A DNA stretch of 64,000 nt from an uncultured delta proteobacterium (GCA_963727445.1 CAVSGI010000004.1:192001-256000); one strand, 5' to 3'; positions 21,171 to 30,857 are shown, counted from the stretch's first letter. A program made the numbers and translations. Notes: a model not told the origin generated them from the letters alone.

Positions 21171-23491
21171 GCCCGCGACCTAGACGCGAGCGTCTTCAAG
21201 AGAGCTTCCAGGGCGTCCAGGTCGACGGGCTTCGTCAACCATCGCTCGAACGCCGAACCCTCGACGCTTTCGGCCGTCGCGCCGCTCAGCGCCACCATCG
21301 CGGGCGGGTTCGGTTCCGCGGCGAGGGCGGCTGCCACGTCGTGGCCGTTCATCTCTCCTCGCAGCCCGATATCACAGAGGAGGACATCGGGCCGCATGCG
21401 TCGCGCCGACTCCACCGCCCCCCTCCCATCGTGCGCGATCACCACCTCGTAGTGGGCCGCAGAGAGGACCTCGGCGAGGAGCGTGGACAGGTCGTGGTCG
21501 TCCTCCACGATCAAGACACGACATCGCTCGCCGGGAGCCTCGCCCCGCTCTTCCTCTCCGCGGCGATCAGCGGTCGACGGCGGATGCGACGACAGCGGCA
21601 ACCACGATCGAAACGCGGCGCCTCGTCCCCTGCCGGCGCTTTCGGCGGTTACCCGGCCGCCGTGGCGAACCACGATGCTCTCGACCAGGGCGAGGCCGAT
21701 GCCCAAGCCGCCGCTCTCCGGGGCGTCGGGGTGCGGACCCTGCTGGAAGGCCTCGAAGATGTGGGGGAGGATCTTCGGATCGATCCCGGCTCCGGTGTCT
21801 CGGACGACGATCTCCGCTTCATTGCCGGCGGTTCGCAGCTCCACCGAGATCGTGCCACCCGCTTCGGTGTGTCGAACGGCGTTCGAGAGCAGGTTGTCGA
21901 CGACTTGCGTGATGCGCATCGGATCGGCGTCGACCCATACGGGAGATTCGCCGAGCGCGGTGATGACGGCGATCCCTTTGTCGGTGATCCGCGATCGATG
22001 TTCGCTGACCGCGTCGGCGAAGAGCCGCCTCAGGTCGACGGTCTCCATTCGCAGCTCGATCTTGCCCCGCTTCATCCGGGAGACGTCGAGTAGACCCTCG
22101 ACCAAGCGCGTCATCTGCTTCGTGCGCCGCTCCAGGATGCTCGTCACGTCGTCGAACCGATGCTCGCCCGCGCTGCGCTGCCGAAGGACCGCTGCGGCGG
22201 TGCGGATGGCAGCGATCGGGTTGCGCAGCTCGTGGCTCAACATCGCGAGGAAGTCGTCCTTGGCGCGGCTCTCCTGCTCGAGGCGTTCTGCCTGGCGCTC
22301 CAGACGATCGCGGAGCAGCAGCCGCTCGACGGTGAGCCCGACTTGGCGTGCGATGTCGCTGATCAAGGCCCGGGAGGCGACCCCGAACGTTCGGGGGCGC
22401 GGGAAGGCGAAGACCACGGCGCCCTGTCGCGACCCGATGTGGAAGGGGAGCGCCGCGACGGCCTGCGCCTCGGGGCGTTCCGTGGCAAGCGTCGCGACCT
22501 CCTCCGGATCGTGAAGCCAGATCGGCTGACGCAGATGCATCACCTCTTGGACCTGGCCGGGATCGCCGAAGAACGGCTCTCCGTCGCCGCTGGGGGCTCC
22601 ACAGACGACCCGGGTCGAGCCGTCCTGGAGGTCGACCCCCGCCGCGAAGGCGGCCGTTGCTTCGATATCGGGACAGACGACGCCGTGCATCACCTCGCTC
22701 AGCTCGTCCACCGTGTGCACGGCGGAGAGCGCGGCTGTCGCACGCTGCAGGCGCGCCAGGCGATCGTGTATGTCGACGGCTGTCGACCTTCGCTTCCGCA
22801 CCGGACGGGTACCGCTCGGCTGCTTCGATGGTCCAACCGGCGACCCACTCGACGTGGCGCTTCGTACGCGACACGCACCCACGAGCGCGGTCGCGCTCTC
22901 GAGCGCCATCCAGCGGTCCTCCTCCTTCAGCAGCGCGCAATGGTGACAGAGCGCCCCCTCGATGGCGGTCCCGGACGTGCACAGGTCCAGGGGATAGCTA
23001 CAGAGCGCCACGATGTTCTGACTCTGCACGGAGCGGTGCAGCGCGAGCTCGTAGGCCGCCCGCGCGGGTTCGCTCATCACCTCGAAAGCCGTCGACGCCT
23101 GCGCGATGCGGAGTCCCGCGAACCCGTCTCGCCGCGCTCGGTCCGCGCGAGCGCGCCAGGCGCCCGCGAGCTCCTCCGGATCGACCGCCGCGCGAGACGA
23201 GAAGACCTCCCACGGCCACAGCACCTGGATTTGCAAGCGCGCTTCGTGGCGCGGAAGGGAGGGCAGCGACTCCTCCATCGCCGTGCGCGCTTTGAGGGCA
23301 TCGAGTGGGCGCGCGACGACCCACACGCAACGCTCGCCACCCTCGAGTCCCGCTCGGAGGAATCGGAGCACCGTGTCGAGCAGGTCGTTCGCCGAGGAGT
23401 ACACGTGACAGAGGTGCGTTCCCCAATCGAGGGGGCCGATGCCGTCGAGGCCGCTCTCCACCGCGCCGGTTCTGGGGGCAGGGGCTTGCAT
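21152..23491 (-). CDS. MEDS-GAF hybrid sensor histidine kinase with C-terminal receiver
   Basis: MEDS-like WGTHLCHVY...FLRAGLEGGERCVWV...ALCSYPL; H-box LSHELRNP; NLLSNA, DTGAGI and GGLGIGL; receiver LLCDIGL. Confidence 0.88.
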   Translation of the reverse strand: MQAPAPRTGAVESGLDGIGPLDWGTHLCHVYSSANDLLDTVLRFLRAGLEGGERCVWVVARPLDALKARTAMEESLPSLPRHEARLQIQVLWPWEVFSSRAAVDPEELAGAWRARADRARRDGFAGLRIAQASTAFEVMSEPARAAYELALHRSVQSQNIVALCSYPLDLCTSGTAIEGALCHHCALLKEEDRWMALESATALVGACRVRSATSSGSPVGPSKQPSGTRPVRKRRSTAVDIHDRLARLQRATAALSAVHTVDELSEVMHGVVCPDIEATAAFAAGVDLQDGSTRVVCGAPSGDGEPFFGDPGQVQEVMHLRQPIWLHDPEEVATLATERPEAQAVAALPFHIGSRQGAVVFAFPRPRTFGVASRALISDIARQVGLTVERLLLRDRLERQAERLEQESRAKDDFLAMLSHELRNPIAAIRTAAAVLRQRSAGEHRFDDVTSILERRTKQMTRLVEGLLDVSRMKRGKIELRMETVDLRRLFADAVSEHRSRITDKGIAVITALGESPVWVDADPMRITQVVDNLLSNAVRHTEAGGTISVELRTAGNEAEIVVRDTGAGIDPKILPHIFEAFQQGPHPDAPESGGLGIGLALVESIVVRHGGRVTAESAGRGRGAAFRSWLPLSSHPPSTADRRGEEERGEAPGERCRVLIVEDDHDLSTLLAEVLSAAHYEVVIAHDGRGAVESARRMRPDVLLCDIGLRGEMNGHDVAAALAAEPNPPAMVALSGATAESVEGSAFERWLTKPVDLDALEALLKTLASRSRAQCSSG

Positions 23492-23536
23492 CGCGTCAGC
23501 CCCGCGGCCCCCGCGCGCTCGGCGAAAGAGGTCTGA

Positions 23537-24082
23537 TCAATTGCCCCTCCCGAGGTCGAGCATCGCGTCGTCGGGATCGGATGTGTCGGCGATCCGACGA
23601 CAGCTCTGACAGAAGAGCGCGGCCCCTCGCGCGCGCAGACCGGTGCGTTCTCGGCATGCGCTGCAATGGCGCGGCGCCTCGCGGGAATCTTCGATGGTTC
23701 TCTTCACCACATCCAAGAGGTGGTCCACGGAAAACGGTTTCTGGACCAACACGATCCCGAGCTCCTCGACCCGCTCGACGACGCGCGCGTCCGCAAACGC
23801 GGTGACCAACACGGTGGGTGGTGTCGGCATGCGCTCGTCGATGGCCTCGATGGCGTCGAGTCCACTCATCTCGGGCAGACAGTGATCGGAAACCAGAAGG
23901 GTGGGCGGTGTTCCCCGGCGCTCCATGTTCATCGTCACGTCGAGGAGCTCGCGGCCCGAAGTGAGCGCTTTGACCTCGTACCCGTCGAGCTCCAGCAGGA
24001 GTGAGAGCGACTCGCGAACGTCCTGGTCGTCTTCGGCGAGAATCACCAACGGAACCTCGTTCCGGGGAGTAGGGGACTTCAT
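23537..24082 (-). CDS. Response regulator with C-terminal CxxC...CxxC module
   Basis: ILAEDD, LVSDHCLPEMSG and QKPF; tail HCSAC...FCQSC. Confidence 0.85.
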   Translation of the reverse strand: MKSPTPRNEVPLVILAEDDQDVRESLSLLLELDGYEVKALTSGRELLDVTMNMERRGTPPTLLVSDHCLPEMSGLDAIEAIDERMPTPPTVLVTAFADARVVERVEELGIVLVQKPFSVDHLLDVVKRTIEDSREAPRHCSACRERTGLRARGAALFCQSCRRIADTSDPDDAMLDLGRGN

Positions 24083-24095
24083 GAGGAAGGGGAGT

Positions 24096-24112
24096 CGCAA
24101 GGCACGTGCCGA
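24096..24112 (-). promoter_or_regulatory. sigma54 -24/-12 promoter
   Basis: Minus strand TCGGCACGTGCCTTGCG (GG-N10-GC) just upstream of ATG 24082. Confidence 0.65.
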
Positions 24113-24205
24113 CGGCGAATTGCTTGCGCTTGCGTTGCCCCAATCGACGGTCGAGGCTCCTGACCTCTCACATCACTGCAGAACTTGCAGCTCGTGGTGG
24201 CAGGC

Positions 24206-25975
24206 TCACTGAGCGATCTCGACGAGACTGCGGAGCGTGTTCTGAAACGTGTCCACGTCGACGGGCTTGGAGAGGAATGCATCGGCGCCGAGGGCCAGCG
24301 CTCGCTTGCGCAGGCGTTCGTCCGCAAACGCGGTCATCAGCACGACGGGCATGCTCCATCCCCGCGCCCGGACGCTTTCGAGGATCTGCATTCCATCCAA
24401 ACCGGGCATCCGAAGGTCCGTCACGATGATGTCCGCGGGTGTATTCCGCCGCTCGAGCAGGACGGCTGCCCCGAGTCTCTCGAGCACCGCCCGACCATCC
24501 GGCACCGCCACCACTTCGAAGCCCTCTTCCCGCAGGAAGTCGGTCAGCGCCCAGCGTAAGTCGTCGTCATCCTCGGCCAAGAGGACCCGGATCGACGAAG
24601 GGGTGCCCCCTGCGGTCTCCGACTCGAACGTGTCGATGGGGTGATCGTGGCGGTACTCCTTGAGTCGGTAGTGGATCTTGCGCTCGGAGATGCAGAGCGC
24701 GTTGGCCGCCGCCTTCACCGTCCCCAGCGCTTCGTAGGTTTGCAGGATCGCGGCCCGCTCCACCTCTTGTAGCGTGAGCCCCGTGAGACGACCGATGGCT
24801 TCGAGTGGCTGCGATTCGTAGATGGGGGAAGGGAGGTCGGCGGGCATGATGCGGTCGCCCGTCGACATGGTCAGGGCGTGTTGCGCCGCGTTGTGGATCT
24901 CGCGCACGTTCCCGGGCCAATCGTGGCGCAGAAGGAGCCGCTCGGCAGCGGTCGAGGTCGCGGGGACGGCGCGCCCCGCCTCGCTCGCCCCTGACTTCAG
25001 GAAGTGGACCCACAAAGCGATCACGTCCGCGAAACGCTCACGGAGCGGCGGAACCCGGAGCGAGAGCACGTTCAGGCGATAGTAGAGATCCGCCCTGAAA
25101 CGCCCTCTTCGCACCTCCTCTTCGAGATCGCGATGCGTCGCGGCGACCACGCGAACGTCGACTTTCACCGCTTCCGTTCCACCGACGCGCTCGAACTCCT
25201 TCTCCTGCAACACCCGCAGCAGCGACACCTGGACGCTCGCGGGGAGGTCGCCCACCTCGTCGAGGAAGAGCGTGCCCCCGTCGGCGAGCTCGAAACGGCC
25301 GCGGTGTCGAGCCGCGGCGCCGGTGAAGGAACCCTTTTCGTGACCGAAGAGCTCCGAGTGAAGCAGTGTTTCGGAGAGCGCGGCGCAGTTGACCGCCACG
25401 AACGGGGCGCCCCGGCGTGGGGAGAATCGGTGCAGCGTGCGTGCGACGACCTCTTTGCCCACGCCGGTCTCGCCCTGGATCACCACCGAGGACTCGGTAG
25501 GGGCGGCGAGCAGAGCGAGACGCAGGACCTCGACCATGGCGGGGCTGTCGGAGACCACCGTCGGCGGAAGACGGCTGACCCCGCCGCCCTTCGTCTGCTC
25601 GGGGCGAGCGGAGAAGCTCGCCGCGATCCGTGCAACGGAGACGGGATCGGGCCGGCCACAGACGACTGCATCGACGCCGGACCGGTCCGCCAGGCTGAGC
25701 GTCTCGCCGGTCGGTTCACCGATCGCCAGCACCGTCACCAGAGGCAGCGCCGAAGCAGCCTGCAGCATGGCGTTCAGAGCATCCTCGTCGCTCTGGCCGA
25801 TGAGCACCAGGCGTGCCGCCGTTCGCTGGACTGCACCCTCGAGCTCCGCGATCGTCACTCGATCGATCGACGCCCCTGCACTGGTCAGCAGCCCCACGTC
25901 GAGGTCGCCCACTACGATGAGTTGATCTCGCACTTCCAACCCGCTCTCAGAATGAGCGAAGGTGGTTTGCAGCAC
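24206..25975 (-). CDS. sigma54-dependent enhancer-binding protein (AAA+, HTH) with C-terminal receiver domain
   Basis: GETGVGKE, ELFGHEKGSFTGA, LFLDEVG, FRADLYYRL and WPGNVRE; Fis-like HTH; then VLLAEDD...IVTDLRMPGLDG...SKP. Start uncertain. Confidence 0.92.
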   Translation of the reverse strand: MLQTTFAHSESGLEVRDQLIVVGDLDVGLLTSAGASIDRVTIAELEGAVQRTAARLVLIGQSDEDALNAMLQAASALPLVTVLAIGEPTGETLSLADRSGVDAVVCGRPDPVSVARIAASFSARPEQTKGGGVSRLPPTVVSDSPAMVEVLRLALLAAPTESSVVIQGETGVGKEVVARTLHRFSPRRGAPFVAVNCAALSETLLHSELFGHEKGSFTGAAARHRGRFELADGGTLFLDEVGDLPASVQVSLLRVLQEKEFERVGGTEAVKVDVRVVAATHRDLEEEVRRGRFRADLYYRLNVLSLRVPPLRERFADVIALWVHFLKSGASEAGRAVPATSTAAERLLLRHDWPGNVREIHNAAQHALTMSTGDRIMPADLPSPIYESQPLEAIGRLTGLTLQEVERAAILQTYEALGTVKAAANALCISERKIHYRLKEYRHDHPIDTFESETAGGTPSSIRVLLAEDDDDLRWALTDFLREEGFEVVAVPDGRAVLERLGAAVLLERRNTPADIIVTDLRMPGLDGMQILESVRARGWSMPVVLMTAFADERLRKRALALGADAFLSKPVDVDTFQNTLRSLVEIAQ

Positions 25976-26079
25976 CAGTGTCTCGTGGCGTCTGCAGACA
26001 CTCCTCCGGGCAAAGTCCGCTAACTGCAGAATCTGCAGCCGTATCTTTCAGGCGGTAGCGGAAAACTGCGTGCTCCAGG

Positions 26080-26096
26080 TTGGCGTCAGTCGTGCA
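26080..26096 (+). promoter_or_regulatory. Possible sigma54 -24/-12 promoter
   Basis: TTGGCGTCAGTCGTGCA (GG-N10-GC), 15 nt before ATG 26112. Confidence 0.5.
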
Positions 26097-26111
26097 GGGC
26101 GCGAGGGGCCC

Positions 26112-27353
26112 ATGTCGCTGTCTTCGAGCGAGCGCGTCTCCGAACCCGGGGATTGCGGTGAGGATCCGACGCAGCGCAGAGCGTCACGGCGCTCCCGTCC
26201 ATTGGTGCTGATCGTGGAGGAGAACGAGGCGGTCCGACAGCTCCTGATGCAAAGCCTCCAGCCCGAGTACGCCACGCTCTGTGCAGAGGATGGCCCGGAG
26301 GCATTGAACCTGGCGATTCGGCACGTGCCCGACCTGGTCATCTCGGCTCTCCTGTTGCCGGGGATGGGTGGAGAGGCGTTCGTGCAAGAGCTCCGTGCCG
26401 CAAGCGCGCTCGTCGACGTACCCGTCCTCGTCGTCACCGCCGTCACGGATGCAGCGCGACTCACGCGGTTGCTCGAGGGTCCCGTCCAGGACGTGGTGCG
26501 AAAGCCCTTCGACGACGGCGAAGTACGTGCCCGCGTCGGCAACCTCCTCGCCGAGAAGCGCGCGCGCGATCTGCTGAACGATGCGATCGGAAAGCACGAG
26601 AGTGACCTGGTGCGCTTGGCGGAGAGAGTCGCCGCGCAAGAGGCGGCGCTCAGGAAGAGTCACCAGGTCGCCGAGCTGGCCAACCGCACCAAGGCGAGCT
26701 TCCTCCAAACCATGTCCCACGAGCTCCGTACGCCGATCACGGCGATGGAGATTCAGATGAAGATCCTCCAGCGCAATCCATCGAGCGTGTCTTCCACGAA
26801 GGCGCAAGTCGGACTCGCGCGCCTCGGCCGCTCCACCAAACGCCTGCGCTGGCTCGTGGACACGGTCGTCGGCTGGGCGGACATACAGGGGGGCCGATGC
26901 GAATTGGACGTTTCGAGCATCGACGTTCGCGACTTGCTTTCGGGTGTGATGGAAGAGCTCGAGGACTTCTCCGCGCTGCGACGGGTGCAACTCGTCTGTG
27001 AAGCCGGGAAAGGAGTGCAGCTCTCCTCGGACCAGCGGCTCGTTCGGCTCGTCGTTCTCAATCTGATGAGTCGTGCGATTCAGGATGCGTCGGGCGATCG
27101 GGTGGTGGTCACCGCCGAGCAGACCGCAGACGAGGTGCGCATCGGGGTTCGGGACGGCGGCGGCCGGCCGTTCGATGCAGGCGCGGGCTCCGGGCTCGAT
27201 CTACACATCGTCCTGGACATCGCGCGGGCGGTCCACGGTGACATCCGACCCGAGCGAGGCGGCCAGGCCGGCGACCAGTACGTCGTGACACTGCCGCAGC
27301 TGCTTCGGGGGCGAACGACAGCGACCTATTCACGAGATAGTGAAGAGCCCTGA
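26112..27353 (+). CDS. Hybrid pseudo-receiver + histidine kinase; paralogue of 19923..21170
   Basis: Shares long near-identical stretches (RLTRLLEGPVQDVVRKPFD, TMSHELRTPITAMEIQM, RGRTTATY); the receiver Asp is replaced (ISALLLP). Confidence 0.85.
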   Translation: MSLSSSERVSEPGDCGEDPTQRRASRRSRPLVLIVEENEAVRQLLMQSLQPEYATLCAEDGPEALNLAIRHVPDLVISALLLPGMGGEAFVQELRAASALVDVPVLVVTAVTDAARLTRLLEGPVQDVVRKPFDDGEVRARVGNLLAEKRARDLLNDAIGKHESDLVRLAERVAAQEAALRKSHQVAELANRTKASFLQTMSHELRTPITAMEIQMKILQRNPSSVSSTKAQVGLARLGRSTKRLRWLVDTVVGWADIQGGRCELDVSSIDVRDLLSGVMEELEDFSALRRVQLVCEAGKGVQLSSDQRLVRLVVLNLMSRAIQDASGDRVVVTAEQTADEVRIGVRDGGGRPFDAGAGSGLDLHIVLDIARAVHGDIRPERGGQAGDQYVVTLPQLLRGRTTATYSRDSEEP

Positions 27354-27440
27354 GCGCAGTGAGGTCCCCGCGGGCCTCGCGGATCATGGCTCGGTGGCCG
27401 CTTACTCGGCGTCCGGGTGCACTGCTGCCATAATGAGCGC

Positions 27441-28313
27441 GTGGCGGAGTCCGTCGAAACCACCCCGGCAGGCGGGGACTCGAAGGGGCAGCCCGAGCCT
27501 CAGAGCGAGGACGGTGGCCCCGGTCCCCTGGTGCGCGCCGCCGATGCGCTGATCGCCATCCCCATCAAGTTCTTCGCCGAGATCGGGACCACCGCCCAGC
27601 TCGTCGGGCAGTCGATCTTCTGGGGGATCCGCCGGCCGTACCGCGTGCGGCTCTGGATAGAGGCGATGGACTTCATCGGCGTCGGCTCCATCTTCATCGT
27701 CGGCCTCACGGCGTTCTTCGTCGGGATGGTCTTCGGGATCCAGCTGGTCTACGGCGTGCGCCAGTTCGGAGCGGAGAACCAGGTCGGCGCCGTGGTGGGC
27801 CTGGCGCTCACCCGCGAGCTGGCCCCGGTCTTCTCTGCCTTGATGGTGTCGAGCCGTGCTGGAAGCGCGATGACCACCGAGCTCGGATCCATGCGCGTGA
27901 CCAATCAGATCGACGCGCTCACCACCATGGCGGTCAACCCGGTGCAGTACCTGGTCGTGCCGCGGCTGATCGCCGGGACGTTGATGGTTCCGCTGCTCAC
28001 CATGCTTTTCAACCTCGTGGGCATCTTCGGCGCGTGGTTCATCTGCGTGAAGGTTCTCGGCCTCGACAGCGGCATCTTCATCGACAAGGTGCGCTGGTAC
28101 GTCGACGCGCGAGACCTGAGTCAGGGTTTGGTCAAGGCGGCGGTCTTCGGGTTCACCGTGGCGCTGATCGCATGCCGGCAGGGCTTCTTCGCGAGCGGGG
28201 GCGCGGCAGGCGTCGGTCAGGCGACGAATCGCTCCGTCGTTCACAGCGCGGTCGCGATCCTGGTCCTCGACTACGTGGTCACCAGCATGATCACCGGCGA
28301 AGGCGGGCTGTGA
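27441..28313 (+). CDS. mlaE: MlaE-family ABC permease
   Basis: RELAPVFSALMVSSRAGSAMTTELGSMRVTNQIDAL and GGAAGVGQATNRSVV. Confidence 0.92.
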   Translation: MAESVETTPAGGDSKGQPEPQSEDGGPGPLVRAADALIAIPIKFFAEIGTTAQLVGQSIFWGIRRPYRVRLWIEAMDFIGVGSIFIVGLTAFFVGMVFGIQLVYGVRQFGAENQVGAVVGLALTRELAPVFSALMVSSRAGSAMTTELGSMRVTNQIDALTTMAVNPVQYLVVPRLIAGTLMVPLLTMLFNLVGIFGAWFICVKVLGLDSGIFIDKVRWYVDARDLSQGLVKAAVFGFTVALIACRQGFFASGGAAGVGQATNRSVVHSAVAILVLDYVVTSMITGEGGL

Positions 28314-28358
28314 GCGCGCGGAGGGACGGAGGATCCGGTTCAGATCCGCATTCGGGAC

Positions 28359-29108
28359 GTGGAGAAGAGCTACGGCGATCACCACGTGCTCCGCGGGGTC
28401 AGCTTCGACGTCTACCGCGGCATCACCAACGTCATCATCGGGGCATCGGGCGCGGGCAAGTCGGTGCTCACCCGACAGTTGATCCGTCTCGAGCGGCCCG
28501 ACGCGGGCTCCATCGAGGTCGACGGGCAGGACATCGTACCGATGAACGAGGTGCAGCTCACCGAGGTGCGGCGAAAGTTCGGCATGGTCTTCCAGATGTC
28601 GGCGCTCTTCGACTCGATGAGCGTCTACGACAACGTCGCCTTCCCGCTCCGCGAGCACACCAAGCTGGGGCGCGCGGAGATCCGCGAGCGGGTGATGGGG
28701 CGCCTCTCGGATCTCGAGGTCGCCCACGCCGCCAAGAAGATGCCATCGGAGCTCTCGGGCGGGATGCAGAAGCGGGTGGCCGTGGCCCGCGCCCTGGTGC
28801 TCGAACCCGAGGTGCTGATCTACGACGAGCCCACCACGGGCCTCGATCCCATCACCTCGCGCACCGTCGACGAGCTGATGATCCACACCCGCGAGCAGTT
28901 CGGCGTGACGGGCATCGTGATCACCCACGACATGGCGTCGGTCTTCAAGATCGCCGACCGCATCAATTACCTCTATCAGGGACGCATCACCGCTTCCGGT
29001 ACTCCCGAAGAATTCCTGGCTTCCAGTGACCCCGCGACGCGCGACTTCCTCGAGGCCTCCGGGGTGGGAACTTCGGCGGTCTTCGAGCAGCGCCTCTCGG
29101 GCGCCTGA
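28359..29108 (+). CDS. mlaF: MlaF-family ABC ATPase
   Basis: GASGAGKS, FQMSALFDS, LSGGMQKRV and YDEPTTGLDP. The true start may be ~28310 if there is an indel. Confidence 0.9.
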   Translation: MEKSYGDHHVLRGVSFDVYRGITNVIIGASGAGKSVLTRQLIRLERPDAGSIEVDGQDIVPMNEVQLTEVRRKFGMVFQMSALFDSMSVYDNVAFPLREHTKLGRAEIRERVMGRLSDLEVAHAAKKMPSELSGGMQKRVAVARALVLEPEVLIYDEPTTGLDPITSRTVDELMIHTREQFGVTGIVITHDMASVFKIADRINYLYQGRITASGTPEEFLASSDPATRDFLEASGVGTSAVFEQRLSGA

Positions 29109-29173
29109 GCCGCGACCTCGACGGTGTGATGGGCGCCACTTGTGGTGTTAGCGTCCGTCCCTAGGAGGAGCGC

Positions 29174-29875
29174 ATGCGCGTCATCAGCCCGATCGCCTCG
29201 ATTCTGATTCTGCTTTCCTTCGCCTGCGGCGGCGGTGGCTCGGCCCAGACGGAAGAGACCACCACCACCAACTCCATGGACGACCCAATCGTCGACTCCG
29301 AGACTTCCGGCACCGTTGGTGACGAGGCCGTGGGGGAGGAGCCGGAGGAGGAAAGCACGGACGCGCCCGAGGTGCCGGTGCCCAGCGGGCCGGTGGAGGT
29401 GACGGTCCACCTGAAGGTCGGCGGCGAGCAGGTTCCGGGGACGGTGGTCGTGGCGAACGAGGACGGTGAGACGGTGGCCGAAGGCGCGTCCGGCGATACC
29501 TTCACCGTGGACTCCGGCTTCTATCAGATCACCGGGTCCATCACCGACGCGTCGATCCTCGTCGACACGCCGAGCGTGAGCACGGAGCAGGAGATCCCGG
29601 CGGGGGAGCCGCGCAACGTCGACGTGGTATTTCCGCGGGCACTCGTCCGCCTGAACGTGACCCGGGGCGGCCGCGCGATACGCCACCCCGAGGTCACCCT
29701 CTTCCGCCAGGGAAGTGAGGAGCCGTCGGCCAGCTTCCGCGTGACCGACGAGCACGTGCCCATCTCACCCGGCCGTTACGAGGCTGACGTCAAGCTGCGC
29801 GGCCACGAGATCCGCGTCCGCGGCCTCACCTTCATGGACGGCGCGACGCAGAACATCCCGGTGAACATCGAGTAG
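29174..29875 (+). CDS. Hypothetical lipoprotein
   Basis: SFAC lipobox, acidic linker and beta-rich repeats; AGGAGG RBS upstream. Confidence 0.65.
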   Translation: MRVISPIASILILLSFACGGGGSAQTEETTTTNSMDDPIVDSETSGTVGDEAVGEEPEEESTDAPEVPVPSGPVEVTVHLKVGGEQVPGTVVVANEDGETVAEGASGDTFTVDSGFYQITGSITDASILVDTPSVSTEQEIPAGEPRNVDVVFPRALVRLNVTRGGRAIRHPEVTLFRQGSEEPSASFRVTDEHVPISPGRYEADVKLRGHEIRVRGLTFMDGATQNIPVNIE

Positions 29876-29974
29876 CGGCGACGACGTCAGCTCGACTCGA
29901 CGCAGAGAGTACGTTCCGGCGCCGACGCGTCGTCCGAGGCAAAGGCGTCCCCGCCGTCGCCCAATGGCGTCGGT

Positions 29975-30856
29975 TTACTGGCGGGGGTAGTTGCGGACGA
30001 CGACTTCGCTGACCTTGCCGCGCCGAGAGGCGTTGCAGTTGACGGCGCGCGGCGCGGCGACGGTGTCGATCTCGAAACCGCGATAGAGGTCGCGGATGAA
30101 GGGTACGTCGCTGTTCGAGAGCATGAGCTTGCAGCCGCGGCGGTCGAGGACGCGGTAGACGTCGCGCAGCTTCACCTGCATGTCGGGGCCGAAGCCGTCC
30201 TGGGCGTAGCTGGTGAAGTTCGCGGTGTCGCTGACGGGGGCGTAGGGTGGGTCGAAGTAGACGAAGTCGCCGGGGCGCGCGTTCTCGAGGAGCGCCTCGA
30301 AGCTCGCGTTCTGGATCTCCACGCCGTCGAGCGCCGCGCTCGCGGCCCGCAGCGCCTCGGCGTCGAGGATCTTCGGGTTCTTGTAGCGCCCGATGGGCAC
30401 GTTGAACTCGCCGCGACGATTGACGCGGTGCAGACCGTTGAAGCAGGTCTTGTTGAGGTAGATGAAGGTCGCCGCGCGCTCGTCTTCGTCGAGCTTCGAT
30501 GCGTTGTAGCGGCGGCGAACCGCGTAATAGGTGTCCTTCTCGTGGCCCTTTGCGGCGAGGCGCTGCAGGTGGCCGATGACCGAGCCGACCTCGTCGCGGA
30601 CCATTTGATAGACGTTGATCAGCGCGGGGTTCACGTCGCTCACCAGGGCGCGCCTGGGCTGGCGGCGGAAGAACAGAGCGCCGCCCCCGAAGAAGGGCTC
30701 GACGTGGCGCATCATCTCCACCCCCGCGGGCAGGAGAGGCTCGAGCTGGCTCAGGATCCGGCCCTTGCCGCCAACCCACTTCAGGATGGGTGCAGGCGCC
30801 CTTTGGGGCGCCTTTTGCAGAGGAATTCGGGCGAGAACAGCAGCGGATGTGGCCAT
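29975..30856 (-). CDS. DNA adenine methyltransferase (Dam/D12 class), orphan
   Basis: LKWVGGK, EPFFGGGA, YLNKTCFNGL, FNVPIG, DPPY and LSNSD; no endonuclease adjacent. Confidence 0.93.
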   Translation of the reverse strand: MATSAAVLARIPLQKAPQRAPAPILKWVGGKGRILSQLEPLLPAGVEMMRHVEPFFGGGALFFRRQPRRALVSDVNPALINVYQMVRDEVGSVIGHLQRLAAKGHEKDTYYAVRRRYNASKLDEDERAATFIYLNKTCFNGLHRVNRRGEFNVPIGRYKNPKILDAEALRAASAALDGVEIQNASFEALLENARPGDFVYFDPPYAPVSDTANFTSYAQDGFGPDMQVKLRDVYRVLDRRGCKLMLSNSDVPFIRDLYRGFEIDTVAAPRAVNCNASRRGKVSEVVVRNYPRQ

Positions 30857-30857
30857 A

